Source of the DNA: Octopus vulgaris
Lineage: Eukaryota
Assembly (NCBI GenBank): GCA_951406725.2
Contig: OX597816.1
Location: 54,746,001 to 54,810,000, forward strand
Direction of reading: 5' to 3'
Length of the DNA: 64,000 nt
Made by a program: the position numbers and the translations under genes. The notes below the pieces were generated by a model. That model was given only the letters and a program-made list of their open reading frames with translations. It ran no database searches and was not told the origin of the DNA. Shown piece by piece: positions 25,051 through 35,878 of the stretch (position 1 is the stretch's first letter; every line of letters begins with the position of its first letter).

Positions 25051-25992
25051 CTATCCGTTTTCTTTAGGGGACCAAAAACGTAACAGAAATTTAGTCACAT
25101 GTGGGCATGATCCGAAAAGTTCTGTCCTTGTATTTAGACATGTGGTAGGGTCTAAGCTGCTTTTCCAGATAAGCCATCTCTCCATGTCGCATAAACCGCA
25201 CCTTCCGCTGCCGTTAGTATAGGGCTTACATCTGGCCAAAATCTTCCATTGTATGTTATAATCGACACCTTTATCTCTTAAAGACCAAATATGATTGGAT
25301 AATTGTGTCGCTTTTCTTTTGTTCCAGTGCCTAAAGCTCAAAGTGTGGTTATTGAACCTGGCCTTGAAATTACCCTCTGTCAGGCCCACGTATTTCTTCG
25401 TCAAAACGGTGTCTTTAGTGGTTATAGAGTTTACGGTAGCTTCATATATGATGGTCTTGGACATGCAAGCTCCATTTAGCGGGCACAATTCTTTATTCCT
25501 GCATGAACAGCTGTTTTCTTCTTGTGTTTTTTGTATGTTATGATTGATTATGTTTTTAAAATTGGTAGTTGAACTAAAACTAATTTTTAAATTGTGTCTA
25601 TTGAAGAGTTTCCTATAAGCATGGTTAACTGGAAAATGTCTATCTATCAGTGCTAGGAAATATTTACCTATATTGAAGGCCACCTCGGGTGAGTAAGGGG
25701 GCGTAAACCAGATGACCTTCCTATTTCTATTATTCCTTTTCCTTATTGTTGGGCTGGTGATAGGTGTATATTTTATTTTTTCGCTAAAACCACTATCTTT
25801 TAAAGCTTTATTATAAACTGGGGCAACGCTATTGAAGATGTCCTCATTAGATGAGAGGCTAGAAATCCTCTTACTAATATTTTTAACTAAATTTTTGAAT
25901 ACTATAGGGGGATGGCATGAACCTACATTAATATAACTTAGTCTATCATTGGGCTTCCTATAAGGCTTATAAATATTATTATTAAGATCTAA
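25051..25992 (-). CDS. PLE polyprotein C-terminal part: RT thumb, linker and GIY-YIG endonuclease (5'-truncated, no start codon)
   Basis: Open frame LDLNNNIYKPYRKPNDRLSYINVGSCHPP...ALKDSGF...WFTPPYS...NIGKYFL...CSCRNKELCPLNGAC..IIYEATV..YVGLTEGNFKARFNNH..CGLCDME..LNTRTEL..CPH. Confidence 0.9.
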   Translation of the reverse strand, partial: LDLNNNIYKPYRKPNDRLSYINVGSCHPPIVFKNLVKNISKRISSLSSNEDIFNSVAPVYNKALKDSGFSEKIKYTPITSPTIRKRNNRNRKVIWFTPPYSPEVAFNIGKYFLALIDRHFPVNHAYRKLFNRHNLKISFSSTTNFKNIINHNIQKTQEENSCSCRNKELCPLNGACMSKTIIYEATVNSITTKDTVLTKKYVGLTEGNFKARFNNHTLSFRHWNKRKATQLSNHIWSLRDKGVDYNIQWKILARCKPYTNGSGRCGLCDMERWLIWKSSLDPTTCLNTRTELFGSCPHVTKFLLRFWSPKENG

Positions 25993-26142
25993 GGAATATT
26001 TTTATATATTTTTATGTATTTTTATATAATTTTTATGACGAAAAATGCGAGCGATGTATAAGTACGCAGGCAAAGCAGAGTTATAACAGAGTAATTTCCC
26101 TTCATTTTTAACGGTATTTTTTCATAACGTTTTCAAATAGCC

Positions 26143-26205
26143 AGATAACCGAAGAGATGGTGTTGTGGATTTCCACTTCGGCATCTGAAACTCAGAGTTT
26201 TATCT
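26143..26205 (+). ncRNA. Minimal type I hammerhead ribozyme in inverted PLE pLTR
   Basis: Stem I AGATAA/TTATCT, core CCGAAGA, stem II GATG/CATC, GAAAC, near-palindromic stem III ACTC-A-GAGT. Confidence 0.7.
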
Positions 26206-26234
26206 TGACTACCGAGTAATGTAACATATTGTAT

Positions 26235-26268
<34 letters not shown>

Positions 26269-26847
26269 CTTTCTCTTGCCCCTTTTTTCTTTGCCTCTTT
26301 GCTCCCACATGACTTCAGGCCATTTCTCTCACCTCAGTCTTTTCTGGACTTGACGTCCGTCTAGCTGGACGTCATTTCTCTCGCCTTCCGACATTTTTTT
26401 CAATTCTACTATTTTCTTATCTTCTATTTATTCTATATCCTGTCAAAATTACTCCCAGGCGTTGCCCATTGCAATGTGTCATGGCCTAACGGCCCTTAAT
26501 CTTCGTCTACGTCAATTTTTTACTCCGTACGTCCACTTTATCATAGATTGTTCGTTTGAAACACTAACTCAGCACAAATTTTATATTTTAAAAATTTCTG
26601 AATGCTGCTGTTTTATGAAAGTTTCCTATCATGCCGTTGAAAACTCAAAATAGGAAGTAATTAACAGTCGACAAATGAAGAGGGAGTTAGTCTTCTTTTG
26701 ATATTTTCTCCAGTACTTGTATCTCGTAATGCGTTTCTGCATTTTTCACTCGTTGGTGATGTCCTGTACTTTTTGTATATATTTTAGTATTTTGTCCTAT
26801 ATTTATCTATCGTGGGTTTACGTATTTGGTAATGTCCTGTACTTGAG

Positions 26848-26901
<54 letters not shown>

Positions 26902-26905
<4 letters not shown>

Positions 26906-27156
26906 TAATTCAAACAAGAAAGCAAAAAAAAAACACAACAACGCGAGGACGTGGAACAAATATAGTATTATTGGACGTTTCGAGCGGAGCTCTTCGTCGG
27001 AAACATAGGAGAAGGAAAGATCCAGAGAGGGAAAGACAGAGGAAAAAAATCGCCAACGGTACACACGCGGTCACATTTTGAATGACCGGAAGGAAATAGG
27101 TGAAGAAAAGTTCTTTCAAAAACAGGAGAGTGCAAGAGAAGGTATGTGTGTGGGAT

Positions 27157-27160
<4 letters not shown>
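26902..27160 (-). mobile_element. PLE pLTR-like fragment between (TA)n tracts with degenerate hammerhead
   Basis: Minus strand CCGACGA A GAGC-tcc-GCTC GAAAC GTC at about 26973-27000; related fragment at 55735-55800. Confidence 0.55.
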
Positions 27161-27229
<69 letters not shown>

Positions 27230-27231
<2 letters not shown>

Positions 27232-27395
27232 CGGACGGCTTTCCATTTTCGTCATACAAATCCACTCCCGAGGTTTAGGTTGACCAGAGGCTAAAATGGA
27301 AGAGAAATCGCCAAGACGCCACGTAGTGGGACAAAATGCAGAGCTATGTTTTGAGAAATAAACGTCATACACCAAAGTCAGGGCATACATACATA
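27230..27395 (-). mobile_element. 5' half of SINE (7430-7843 family)
   Basis: CAAATCCACTCCCGAGGTTTAGGTTGACCAGAGGCT...CCAAGACGCCACGTAGTGGGAC matches 7709-7784. Confidence 0.65.
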
Positions 27396-27399
27396 CACG

Positions 27400-28295
27400 G
27401 GGCTGATAACATCATAAGACTTGGTAGGTAGCTCCTTGAGCAACACTCTTTATCTGATAACCTAGAATACATGTCCAAAGAAGTTGCACGACTCCACCGC
27501 AAGATATCATCAGATGAAAGGATGAGACTATATGAGGAGAAGACTATGCATCGATATTTTAGTAGAAGGCTCGGTGATGATAGTAACATCGACCATCAAA
27601 GCAGTTTATCATGGACCAATAGCAGGAAATATCAACTAAATATCTGACGCACAAAAGGAACAGAAATGCAGGAAAATCCATAAAATGTGACAACCGATGC
27701 AGACTTTATGGAGTTCACACTGAAGATATCACCCACATCATAAGCAGTTGTCCGAAAATGTCATTATGGTATTATCTACCGATATGACTTGACGTTGTGG
27801 CTAGGACACTCAATAATGAAATCCGTCAGAAGTATAATCCCGAAGACAAAGAAATAAGAGCCCACAATATAGTAGAAGCCATAGCCACTCATAATATAAA
27901 ATGTAAGCACAACTGACCTGATATAATGATTTGTAGAAATTAGCTGTCCAGCGGATGTTAACATAAAGCTGAAGATCAGTGAAAAAGAGAATATCTATGC
28001 TGGACTATTGAGAAATCTGCAGCTACTCTAGCCAGATTACAAGTTCGGGTTTATACTTGTAATTATTGGGGCCCTGGAACGTGTAACACACTGCCTAAAT
28101 ACCAATCTCGAGAAATTAAGCTGCCCAAAACCAGAAAGGAGAAAGCTAATTCGAAGTCTACAGATCCAATCCATCACTGGAACTGCAGATATCTGTAAAA
28201 CTTTCCAGAAGTTTATCATTTAAATATATATGAGCATGTGTAGATATGCAACTATTTGCATGAGAATACATACATAGAACATACAAATCTGCACA

Positions 28296-28327
<32 letters not shown>

Positions 28328-28550
28328 CATACATACATAATACATGCATAATACATACATACATACATACATACATACATACATAATACATACATACATA
28401 CATACATACATACATACATACATACATACATACATACATACTACATACATACAAATTACCCTGTTGTTGATGTTGAAATTCCAATGAAGAAGCCTTTGAT
28501 CTTGGTTAGAAACCGGTTCTTTCTGTATTGGCAAGAAGTCTTGAACAATC
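27400..28550 (+). mobile_element. REL-endonuclease non-LTR retrotransposon 3' part (R2/R4 group) with (TACA)n in the 3' UTR
   Basis: QEISTKYL, DNRCRL.G...EDITHIISSCPKMS..YYLP, VEISCPADVNI, EKENIYAGLLRNLQLL, IIGAL, LQIQSITGTADICKTFQKFII*. Confidence 0.8.
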
Positions 28551-28659
28551 ACATTCATTCTTGAATAATGACATTCATTTATACAGAGATAGAGATATTG
28601 CTGGTACTAGTTATTTTAGACTTATAAAACAATAAATCAACATATCCCATGGCTCTGAA

Positions 28660-28855
28660 ATTTTGACGCAAGGTCAGCAATTTTGGGTGAATGGCTTAAA
28701 TCTATTAGATCGACAACACGACTTAGCTGATATTTAATCTATGGACCCGAAAAGATGAATAGCAAAAGTTCACCTCTGCTGAATTTGAACTCAGAATTTA
28801 AAGTCGGACGAAAGTGCAGTATGTCTTTTGCGTGGTATGCTAGCGATTCTACCAG
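28660..28855 (-). mobile_element. tRNA-derived SINE (Meta-domain-like), decayed
   Basis: Reverse complement CTGGTAGAATCGCTAGCA...GAGTTCAAATTCAGCAGAGG...TTCATCTTTTCGGGTCC. Confidence 0.65.
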
Positions 28856-29982
28856 TAAATACTAAATGTAGGCTAAAACGTATTGCAACTCAAGTTTTTG
28901 CAATATGTTAAACCATTGCCACACTTGAGTGATCAGGTTTTTGTGCATACTGCCTGTGAGATGTTTTGAACGCACCTCTTCAAGTTTATCTTATTATGCA
29001 GTAGTGCCCAATGTCTCTAAATAATTTTACTCGGTATATGTGATTTCGACAGCAACAGAGCGTCGCTAAAGCTAAATCCACAATTTTCCATTTATTTAAA
29101 GGCTACTACTTAACTCACTTTTAAAATGCTGGAAACGCTATTGGAAGAAAAATCTTTCTGTTTCATGTAGTTTCGTCCAAAAGTGTCCGAGTCAGAAATT
29201 ATAATAAATCGAGTAAAAATACAATATTTCTGAATAACAGAGATAAACTATATTGATTACATTTTATTACAAAAGTAATAAATATAGTTACTTTGATCTT
29301 ATTGCTAAATGATGCACTTTTTTCGGTTTTTTTCCTGCATACAATTGCATTTCATGCTTGTAATTGTGTCTGTATTTAATTACTTTTTTGAAATTGTTGT
29401 TTAAAAATATAGTTTTCAAAAGATGAAAAGTAGATTAGAGCAGATTAAATATTGTGTTGTTTATCTGTTTTATTTCAAGTCAATAAAGTTATAAATCAGA
29501 GTAAAAACGAACCAAATTTTCGAAGATGAATGAAAGAAAGAGAGAATTTAATTTTCAAGCAAATTAATTAAAAAAAATTGTGGAAAATATTTTTAAACTA
29601 GAAGAACGGGAAGAGCTTTAAGTATAGTTTTGTTGTTGTGGTTGACTCGTCGTTGTGTGGTAGGTGGTGGTCGAGAGTGCAGCAAATATTCTGTTTAATT
29701 GATTGGAAGTCTGATAAATGACTTGATGTATCTTCCAAACTGAATATTCATCTCAAAGTCCGATCAATCTAAATCAAAAATGTTCTCATTGGGAAATAAA
29801 TTTGAAAAGCGAAATGCTCTTTACGAGGGAAATGAAATGAAATTCGTATTTAATGCCAAGATAGATATCGTCTCATAATTTTAAAAATATAAATCATTTT
29901 GTGTATGTTATTCTGAATATATTTGCTAAATAATAGACACATAAACTGACTCTTATATATGAATAGCGAGACTGCTACCGTG

Positions 29983-30020
<38 letters not shown>

Positions 30021-30200
30021 AACACATATATACATGCATGCTTGCATGCATACATACATACATACACCCTGATGCCTATTATTTCTAGGGTTGTGAATTG
30101 ATATATATAAATGTATATATGTATATATATATATATATATATATACCACCAAACGGTATACACAGGTGCTTATAATTATCAAGTACTCACCCCGAATTTC

Positions 30201-30232
<32 letters not shown>

Positions 30233-30275
30233 GATATGTATATATGTATGTATATGTATATATATATATATTTAT

Positions 30276-30577
30276 ATCCCCGTGACCGACCAGGCTATCA
30301 GATGTTGCTACACATCGCTGGTCACAATGCGCTTCGCATTGTTTTAGCCTTCAAATTATGCCACCCCGCTGGCTGAGTGAGCAGGTCAACAGAAGAAAGA
30401 GTGCGAGAAAGTTGTGGCGAAGGAGTACAGCAGGGACCGCCACCACCCCCTGCCGGAGCCTCGTTGAGCTTAAGGTGTTTTCGCTCAATAAACACTCATA
30501 ACGCCCGGTTTGGGAATCGAAACCGCGAACCTACGACCGCAAGTCCGCTGCTCTAATCACTGGGCCATTGCGCCTCC
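30276..30577 (-). mobile_element. tRNA-derived SINE (OR-like head), tail type 2
   Basis: Reverse complement GGAGGCGCAATGGCCCAGTGATTAGAGCAGCGGACTTGCGGTC...GTTTCGATTCCC. Confidence 0.85.
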
Positions 30578-30579
30578 AA

Positions 30580-30634
<55 letters not shown>

Positions 30635-30635
<1 letters not shown>

Positions 30636-33571
30636 CGCATCTTGAACCCGATATAGGTGATGCAGAAATACACATGCCACAATATGCAGTCATACGCACA
30701 GATAGAAAAGGGAGGAGCCATGGTGGAGTTGCAATGTACATCCGAGATGACCTCACGCCCCAGGTCCTGCTGTCATATTCAAACTCAGTATGTGAAACTC
30801 AAATTGTACACATAAGACAACTGAATATCGTCATATGCACTACATATCGCCCACCAGACGCCCCAAAACACTCAGGCATGTTTGAAGACTGCCTAACAAA
30901 AATAGAGAAGTCCTCACCAACCTTGAACAGCACAACAGTGTATTCTTCATGGGTGACTTTAACCTCCCCAATGTGGAATGGCCTGGGGGGCAGATGCTCC
31001 CAGGGATGACACACCATCAGCAGGCACAGGTGGAGTCCCTGCTCCATCTCACAAATACCTCTTTCATGGAAGCAAATAGTTCTGCAACCAACAAGGGCAG
31101 ATAATATACTGGATCTCTGCTTCACAAACAATATGGATATTATCCATAATGTTAATGTGATGCCGACAATGATCTCGGATCACAACATAATAGAGCTGTC
31201 TATGTATGGAACAAAAGCCCCCGCAGACACACAGCCTATACGAAGCACCTACCATCTCTCCAACTTAAACTTTCATAAAGCCAACTGGAAGTCGATTGAG
31301 AAAGAGATCCTCAAACAGGATTGGCCTGAATGTCTCTCCACACCGGACATAAACATGAAACACAAACACTTCATGTCCATAATACAAGCCATATGTGACA
31401 AATATGTCCCAATGTGCAGGGCCAGCACACACAAGAACAAAAACAGGATCCCTAGAGAAAGGAGGATTCTTATGAGACGACGGACAAGGATTGCAAACCG
31501 CCTGAGCAAGCACACCAAAAGTGGTGAGAAGTCTCGGCTCGAAAGAATGCTAATGGAAACTGAGAAAAGTCTACATCAGTTCCATGAAAAGGAGAGAGCA
31601 GATAAAGAAGCTTGGGTAATAGAAAATATAAAATCAAACCCTAAAGCTTTCTTTAAGTTTGCCAAAGAGACAGCCACAGTGCACCAGAGAATAGGACCTC
31701 TCTTCCAAACAGATGGCTCTCTCACAGGAAATCCCACGAGGATAAGTGAAATACTGAACGAACAGTTCCAAAGTGTGTTCACTACACCTCTAGGACACAG
31801 GCAAGTAAACAACCCAGAAGAATTCTTTGCCACTTTACCAGCGGCCAAAGAGACAAAAATTGAGTACATCAACATCGAAGAAGATGATATCACACTAGCC
31901 ATTGATGAGATTGACACAAACTCAGCTGCTGGACCTGATGGATTCCCAGCGATCCTTCTCAAATCGTGCAAACGAGCCCTTGCAAAACCGCTACAGCTTC
32001 TTTTTCAGAGCTTTCTTGCAAGTGGTAAGCTCCCAGTCAAACTGAAAGAGGGGGTAATATGCCCTATCCATAAGAGAGGTAGCAGAGCAGATGCTAAAAA
32101 TTATAGGCCTATCTCTCTGACCTCACACATCAGCAAAGTCATGGAACGAATAGTCCGTAAGAAACTAATCATGTTCCTTGAAGAAAATGACTTACTGTCT
32201 GACACCCAGCATGGATTTCGACCAGGTAGAGGCTGCCTAACACAGCTCCTGCAACACTATGACTGGGTGTTGAAACAGCTACTAAATGGCTCAAATGTGG
32301 ATGTAATATATCTTGACTTTGCAAAAGCCTTTGATAAAGTCGACCATGGTATGATCTGTCACAAACTGCGTGGTCTCGGCATAGGCGGGAAACTTGGAGA
32401 GTGGCTGCACAACTTCCTAAAAGACAGAAAACAGGCAGTTGTGAGCAATGGAGCCACCTCCAGGGAAACGCAAATAACAAGCGGTGTCCCACAGGGCACT
32501 GTCTTGGGGCCACTGATGTTCATGGTGGCCCTTTCAGACATGCCTTCAGTTGCTACGATGACCACCCTTGCTAGCTATGCAGATGACACAAAAGTCTCCC
32601 ACGCAATACAAAACCCTGAAAATATTGCGCATCTGCAACATGAGCTGGACACAATATACAGGTGGGCTGAGGACAACAACATGCAGTTTAATGCAGGTAA
32701 GTTCCAGGCCCTGCGCTACTGGCACACAAAGGTAAATGACGTGAAGACTGGATACACTGGCCCAGGAAGAATTGCAATCCCTGAGTCAAAATCAGTGCGT
32801 GACCTGGGCATTGACATGAGCAATGATGCATCTTTCCAAATGCATATTGCTAATCTGGTGATAAAATGCAGACGGCTGGCTGGATGGATTCTCCGAACTT
32901 TCAGAACAAGAGAGAAGGAGACACTGATGGTCCTATGGAAAACATTCGTCCTCAGCCGCTTGGACTACTGCTCCCAACTTTGGTCACCACACAATATAAA
33001 ACAAACAGCAGAACTCGAAGCAACTCAGAGAAGCTACACAAAGAAAATCGTCTCAATGCAAAATGTCAGCTACTGGGAAAGACTGAAGGTATTAAACCTC
33101 TTCTCCCTGGAGCGGAGGCGGGAGAGATATGCAGTGATATACATCTGGAAAATCCTGGAGGGTCTTGTCCCAAACTTTGGCATTCAAAGTTACTCCAACC
33201 GCAGAACGGGGCGCCGCTGCGTGGTGCCAAGGATTCCAACATCACCATCAAAATACAGGTCCAGATACTGCAACAGCTTGGGTTTCAGAGGACCACAGCT
33301 CTTTAACATCCTCCCTAAATGCCTGAGAGACTTACATGGTGTGGATGTGGGTTTCTTTAAAACTAAACTGGATCTCTTCTTGTTGGGAGTCCCAGATGAA
33401 CCTACCTCACGACAGGAGACACGGATGCGGGCAGCAGCATCGAACTCCCTTGTTGATCAAGTGCCACGTATCAGAGGTGGATTCACAAACTAGTGTAGCT
33501 CATTCAGCGGTGGTGCCCCAGCATGGCCGCGGCCTTCGGGCTAGAACATTTTTAAGGATTTAAGGATTTAA

Positions 33572-33574
<3 letters not shown>
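30635..33574 (+). mobile_element. CR1/L2-group LINE, 5'-truncated, in (TA)n
   Basis: APE motifs (THL, RTDR..GGVAMY, YRPP, MGDFN, LDLCF, SDHN) followed by RT; 3' hairpin and (TTTAAGGA)3 tail. Confidence 0.95.
31133..33493 (+). CDS. LINE ORF2 (end of APE plus reverse transcriptase), 786 aa open; upstream APE frameshifted
   Basis: AAGPDG, NYRPISLTS, QHGFR, YLDFAKAFDKVDH, SGVPQGTVLGP, YADD, RDLGI, LDYCSQLWSP. Confidence 0.93.
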   Translation: MDIIHNVNVMPTMISDHNIIELSMYGTKAPADTQPIRSTYHLSNLNFHKANWKSIEKEILKQDWPECLSTPDINMKHKHFMSIIQAICDKYVPMCRASTHKNKNRIPRERRILMRRRTRIANRLSKHTKSGEKSRLERMLMETEKSLHQFHEKERADKEAWVIENIKSNPKAFFKFAKETATVHQRIGPLFQTDGSLTGNPTRISEILNEQFQSVFTTPLGHRQVNNPEEFFATLPAAKETKIEYINIEEDDITLAIDEIDTNSAAGPDGFPAILLKSCKRALAKPLQLLFQSFLASGKLPVKLKEGVICPIHKRGSRADAKNYRPISLTSHISKVMERIVRKKLIMFLEENDLLSDTQHGFRPGRGCLTQLLQHYDWVLKQLLNGSNVDVIYLDFAKAFDKVDHGMICHKLRGLGIGGKLGEWLHNFLKDRKQAVVSNGATSRETQITSGVPQGTVLGPLMFMVALSDMPSVATMTTLASYADDTKVSHAIQNPENIAHLQHELDTIYRWAEDNNMQFNAGKFQALRYWHTKVNDVKTGYTGPGRIAIPESKSVRDLGIDMSNDASFQMHIANLVIKCRRLAGWILRTFRTREKETLMVLWKTFVLSRLDYCSQLWSPHNIKQTAELEATQRSYTKKIVSMQNVSYWERLKVLNLFSLERRRERYAVIYIWKILEGLVPNFGIQSYSNRRTGRRCVVPRIPTSPSKYRSRYCNSLGFRGPQLFNILPKCLRDLHGVDVGFFKTKLDLFLLGVPDEPTSRQETRMRAAASNSLVDQVPRIRGGFTN

Positions 33575-33610
<36 letters not shown>

Positions 33611-33729
33611 AATCAAGGAATGGCCATAATAGGCCATTCACCCACTAGAAATAACAGCCAAAGCTTCAACCGCAAAATAACATTAATTCCGCAAACCAGG
33701 AGAAAATTAAAAAAGCATTTACCCTGTAA

Positions 33730-33834
33730 TTTCTTATACGATGCACCGTTTCATCTATTGTTTAATGGTAAACTAACCTGATTAAATTAAATCAAGCCAA
33801 TCTTCCATAGGCCGATAGATTCGTCAGTAAGAAA
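33730..33834 (-). ncRNA. Type I hammerhead ribozyme (cassette A, copy 1)
   Basis: TTTCTTA CTGACGA ATCTAT..ATAGAT GAAAC GGTGCATC GTA TAAGAAA. Confidence 0.88.
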
Positions 33835-34212
33835 TAGCCAGATCCGAGCAGATATTATCACGAGGCACCTCTATCCCTGCCTCGGCAATATCTGACCTAA
33901 AATTTTCAAATCATCGCACTCGCGCCAAATTTATCGGCAGCAAATATAAGCCGCCGATTCCATTACGGAATTAACCAGAAAATTCATAATTAATCAATAT
34001 AGGGTGGCAAAAAATTCGTAGAATTTATTTGCCACCAGCGGCCTAATGGGAAAAAATTAAATAGTCATAGACCATTTATAAGTTCAACATCACAATCAAG
34101 GAATGGCCATAATAGGCCATTCACCCATTAGAAATAACAGCCAAAGCTTCAACCGCAAAATAACATTAATTCCGCAAACCAGGAGAAAATTAAAAAAACA
34201 TTTACCCTGTAA

Positions 34213-34317
34213 TTTCTTATACGATGCACCGTTTCATCTATTGTTTAAGGGTAAACTAACCTGATTAAATTAAATCAAGCCAATCTTCTATAGGCCGATA
34301 GATTCGTCAGTAAGAAA
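34213..34317 (-). ncRNA. Type I hammerhead ribozyme (cassette A, copy 2)
   Basis: Same motif, 483 bp from copy 1. Confidence 0.88.
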
Positions 34318-34761
34318 CAGCCAGATCCGAGCAGATATTACCACGAGGCACCTCTATCCCTGCCTCGGCAATATCTGACCTAAAATTTTCAAATCATCGC
34401 ACTCGCGCCAAATTTATCGGCAGCAAATATAAGCCGCCGATTCCATTACGGAATTAACCAGAAAATTCATAATTAATCAATATAGGGTGGCAAAAAATTT
34501 CGTAGAATTTATTTGCCACCAGCGGCCTAGTGGGAAAAAATTAAATAGTCATAGACCATTTATAAGTTCAACATCACAATCAAGGAATGGCCATAATATT
34601 GATTAATTATGAATTTTCTGGTTAATTCCGTAATGGAATCGGCGGCTTATATTTGCTGCCGATAAATTTGGTGCGAGTGCGATGATTTGAAAATTTTAGG
34701 TCAGATATTGCCGAGGCAGGGATAGAGGTGCCTCGTGATAATATCTGCTCGGATCTGGCTG

Positions 34762-34866
34762 TTTCTTACTGACGAATCTATCGGCCTATGGAAGATTGGC
34801 TTGATTTAATTTAATCAGGTTAGTTTACCATTAAACAATAGATGAAACGGTGCATCGTATAAGAAA
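34762..34866 (+). ncRNA. Type I hammerhead ribozyme (cassette A, inverted copy)
   Basis: Stem I TTTCTTA/TAAGAAA, CTGACGA, stem II ATCTAT/ATAGAT, GAAAC, GTA cleavage triplet. Confidence 0.88.
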
Positions 34867-35086
34867 TTACAGGGTAAATGTTTTTTTAATTTTCTCCTGG
34901 TTTGCGGAATTAATGTTATTTTGCGGTTGAAGCTTTGGCTGTTATTTCTAGTGGGTGAATGGCCTATTATGGCCATTCCTTGATTGTGATGTTGAACTTA
35001 TAAATGGTCTATGACTATTTCATTTTTTCCCACTAGGCCGCTGGTGGCAAATAAATTCTACGAAACTTTTTGCCACCCTATATTGA

Positions 35087-35122
<36 letters not shown>

Positions 35123-35287
35123 GTTGTATACTGTCAATCTAACAAGAACGTGACAGTAGGGGGTACACCACCGCTGTATAGCCCTAGGAAGCATCGAACG
35201 CCTCCTGATAGCTTTCACACATTTTCCCCTGTGTCCTTATATAGATATACGAAGGGGAGACAAACACCCCCGGGTGCCGGAACTGCA

Positions 35288-35333
35288 TCTAGGGACACCG
35301 TGTTTCAGGATCGTTGTCCTTCATCGGCCTAGA
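35288..35333 (-). ncRNA. Type I hammerhead ribozyme (cassette B, copy 1)
   Basis: TCTAGG CCGATGA AGGA-caacga-TCCT GAAAC ACGGT GTC CCTAGA. Confidence 0.88.
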
Positions 35334-35650
35334 GTAGCAGACACCGGTCAGCTGGTGATATTTGCCTCGGCTTCGTAATTCTATATATCTATATTCAGTG
35401 AAGTTTATTCACTGATTATCAAAATAAGAAATATTGAATTTCTAAATCTCTCGTAGAGACATGTACGGTGGTGGTGCGATAGAATGGTTGTATACTGTCA
35501 ATCTAACAAGAACGTGACAGTAGGGGTACACCACCGCTGTATAGCCCTAGGAAGCATCGAACGCCTCCTGATAGCTTTGAAACATTTTTCCCTGTGTCCT
35601 TATATAGATATACGAAGGGGAGACAAACACCCCCGGCTGCCGGAACTGCC

Positions 35651-35696
35651 TCTAGGGACACCGTGTTTCAGGATCGTTGTCCTTCATCGGCCTAGA
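35651..35696 (-). ncRNA. Type I hammerhead ribozyme (cassette B, copy 2)
   Basis: Identical motif 363 bp from copy 1. Confidence 0.88.
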
Positions 35697-35832
35697 GTAG
35701 CACATGTCTCTACGAGAGATTTAGAAATTCAATATTTCTTATTTTGATAATCAGTGAATAAACTTCACTGAATATAGATATATAGAATTACGAAGCCGAG
35801 GCAAATATCACCAGCTGATCGGTGTCTGCTAC

Positions 35833-35878
35833 TCTAGGCCGATGAAGGACAACGATCCTGAAACACGGTGTCCCTAGA
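35833..35878 (+). ncRNA. Type I hammerhead ribozyme (cassette B, inverted copy)
   Basis: Identical motif on the + strand. Confidence 0.88.

Larger units (their letters stand above)
24695..26239 (-). mobile_element. Penelope-like element (C-terminal GIY-YIG, probably Hydra clade), 5'-truncated with inverted pseudo-LTR, in (TA)n
   Basis: Coding region flanked by inverted copies of the 3' region (about 24761-25005 vs 25996-26239); (TA)n on both sides; hammerhead in each copy. Confidence 0.92.
33606..35094. mobile_element. Retrozyme-like cassette A: 483-bp unit, about 2.05 tandem copies (33606-34598) plus an inverted 1.03 copy (34596-35094)
   Basis: Units start ATCACAATCAAGG at 33606, 34089 and 34573; near-identical; no ORF; one hammerhead per complete unit; (TA)n on both sides. 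Confidence 0.9.

Noticed and set aside
33695-33728. ACCAGGAGAAA...ATTTACCCTG resembles hairpin-ribozyme loop B on the strand opposite hammerhead A
   Set aside because: Loop B consensus is poorly matched and there is no correctly placed loop A (AGAA/NGUC)
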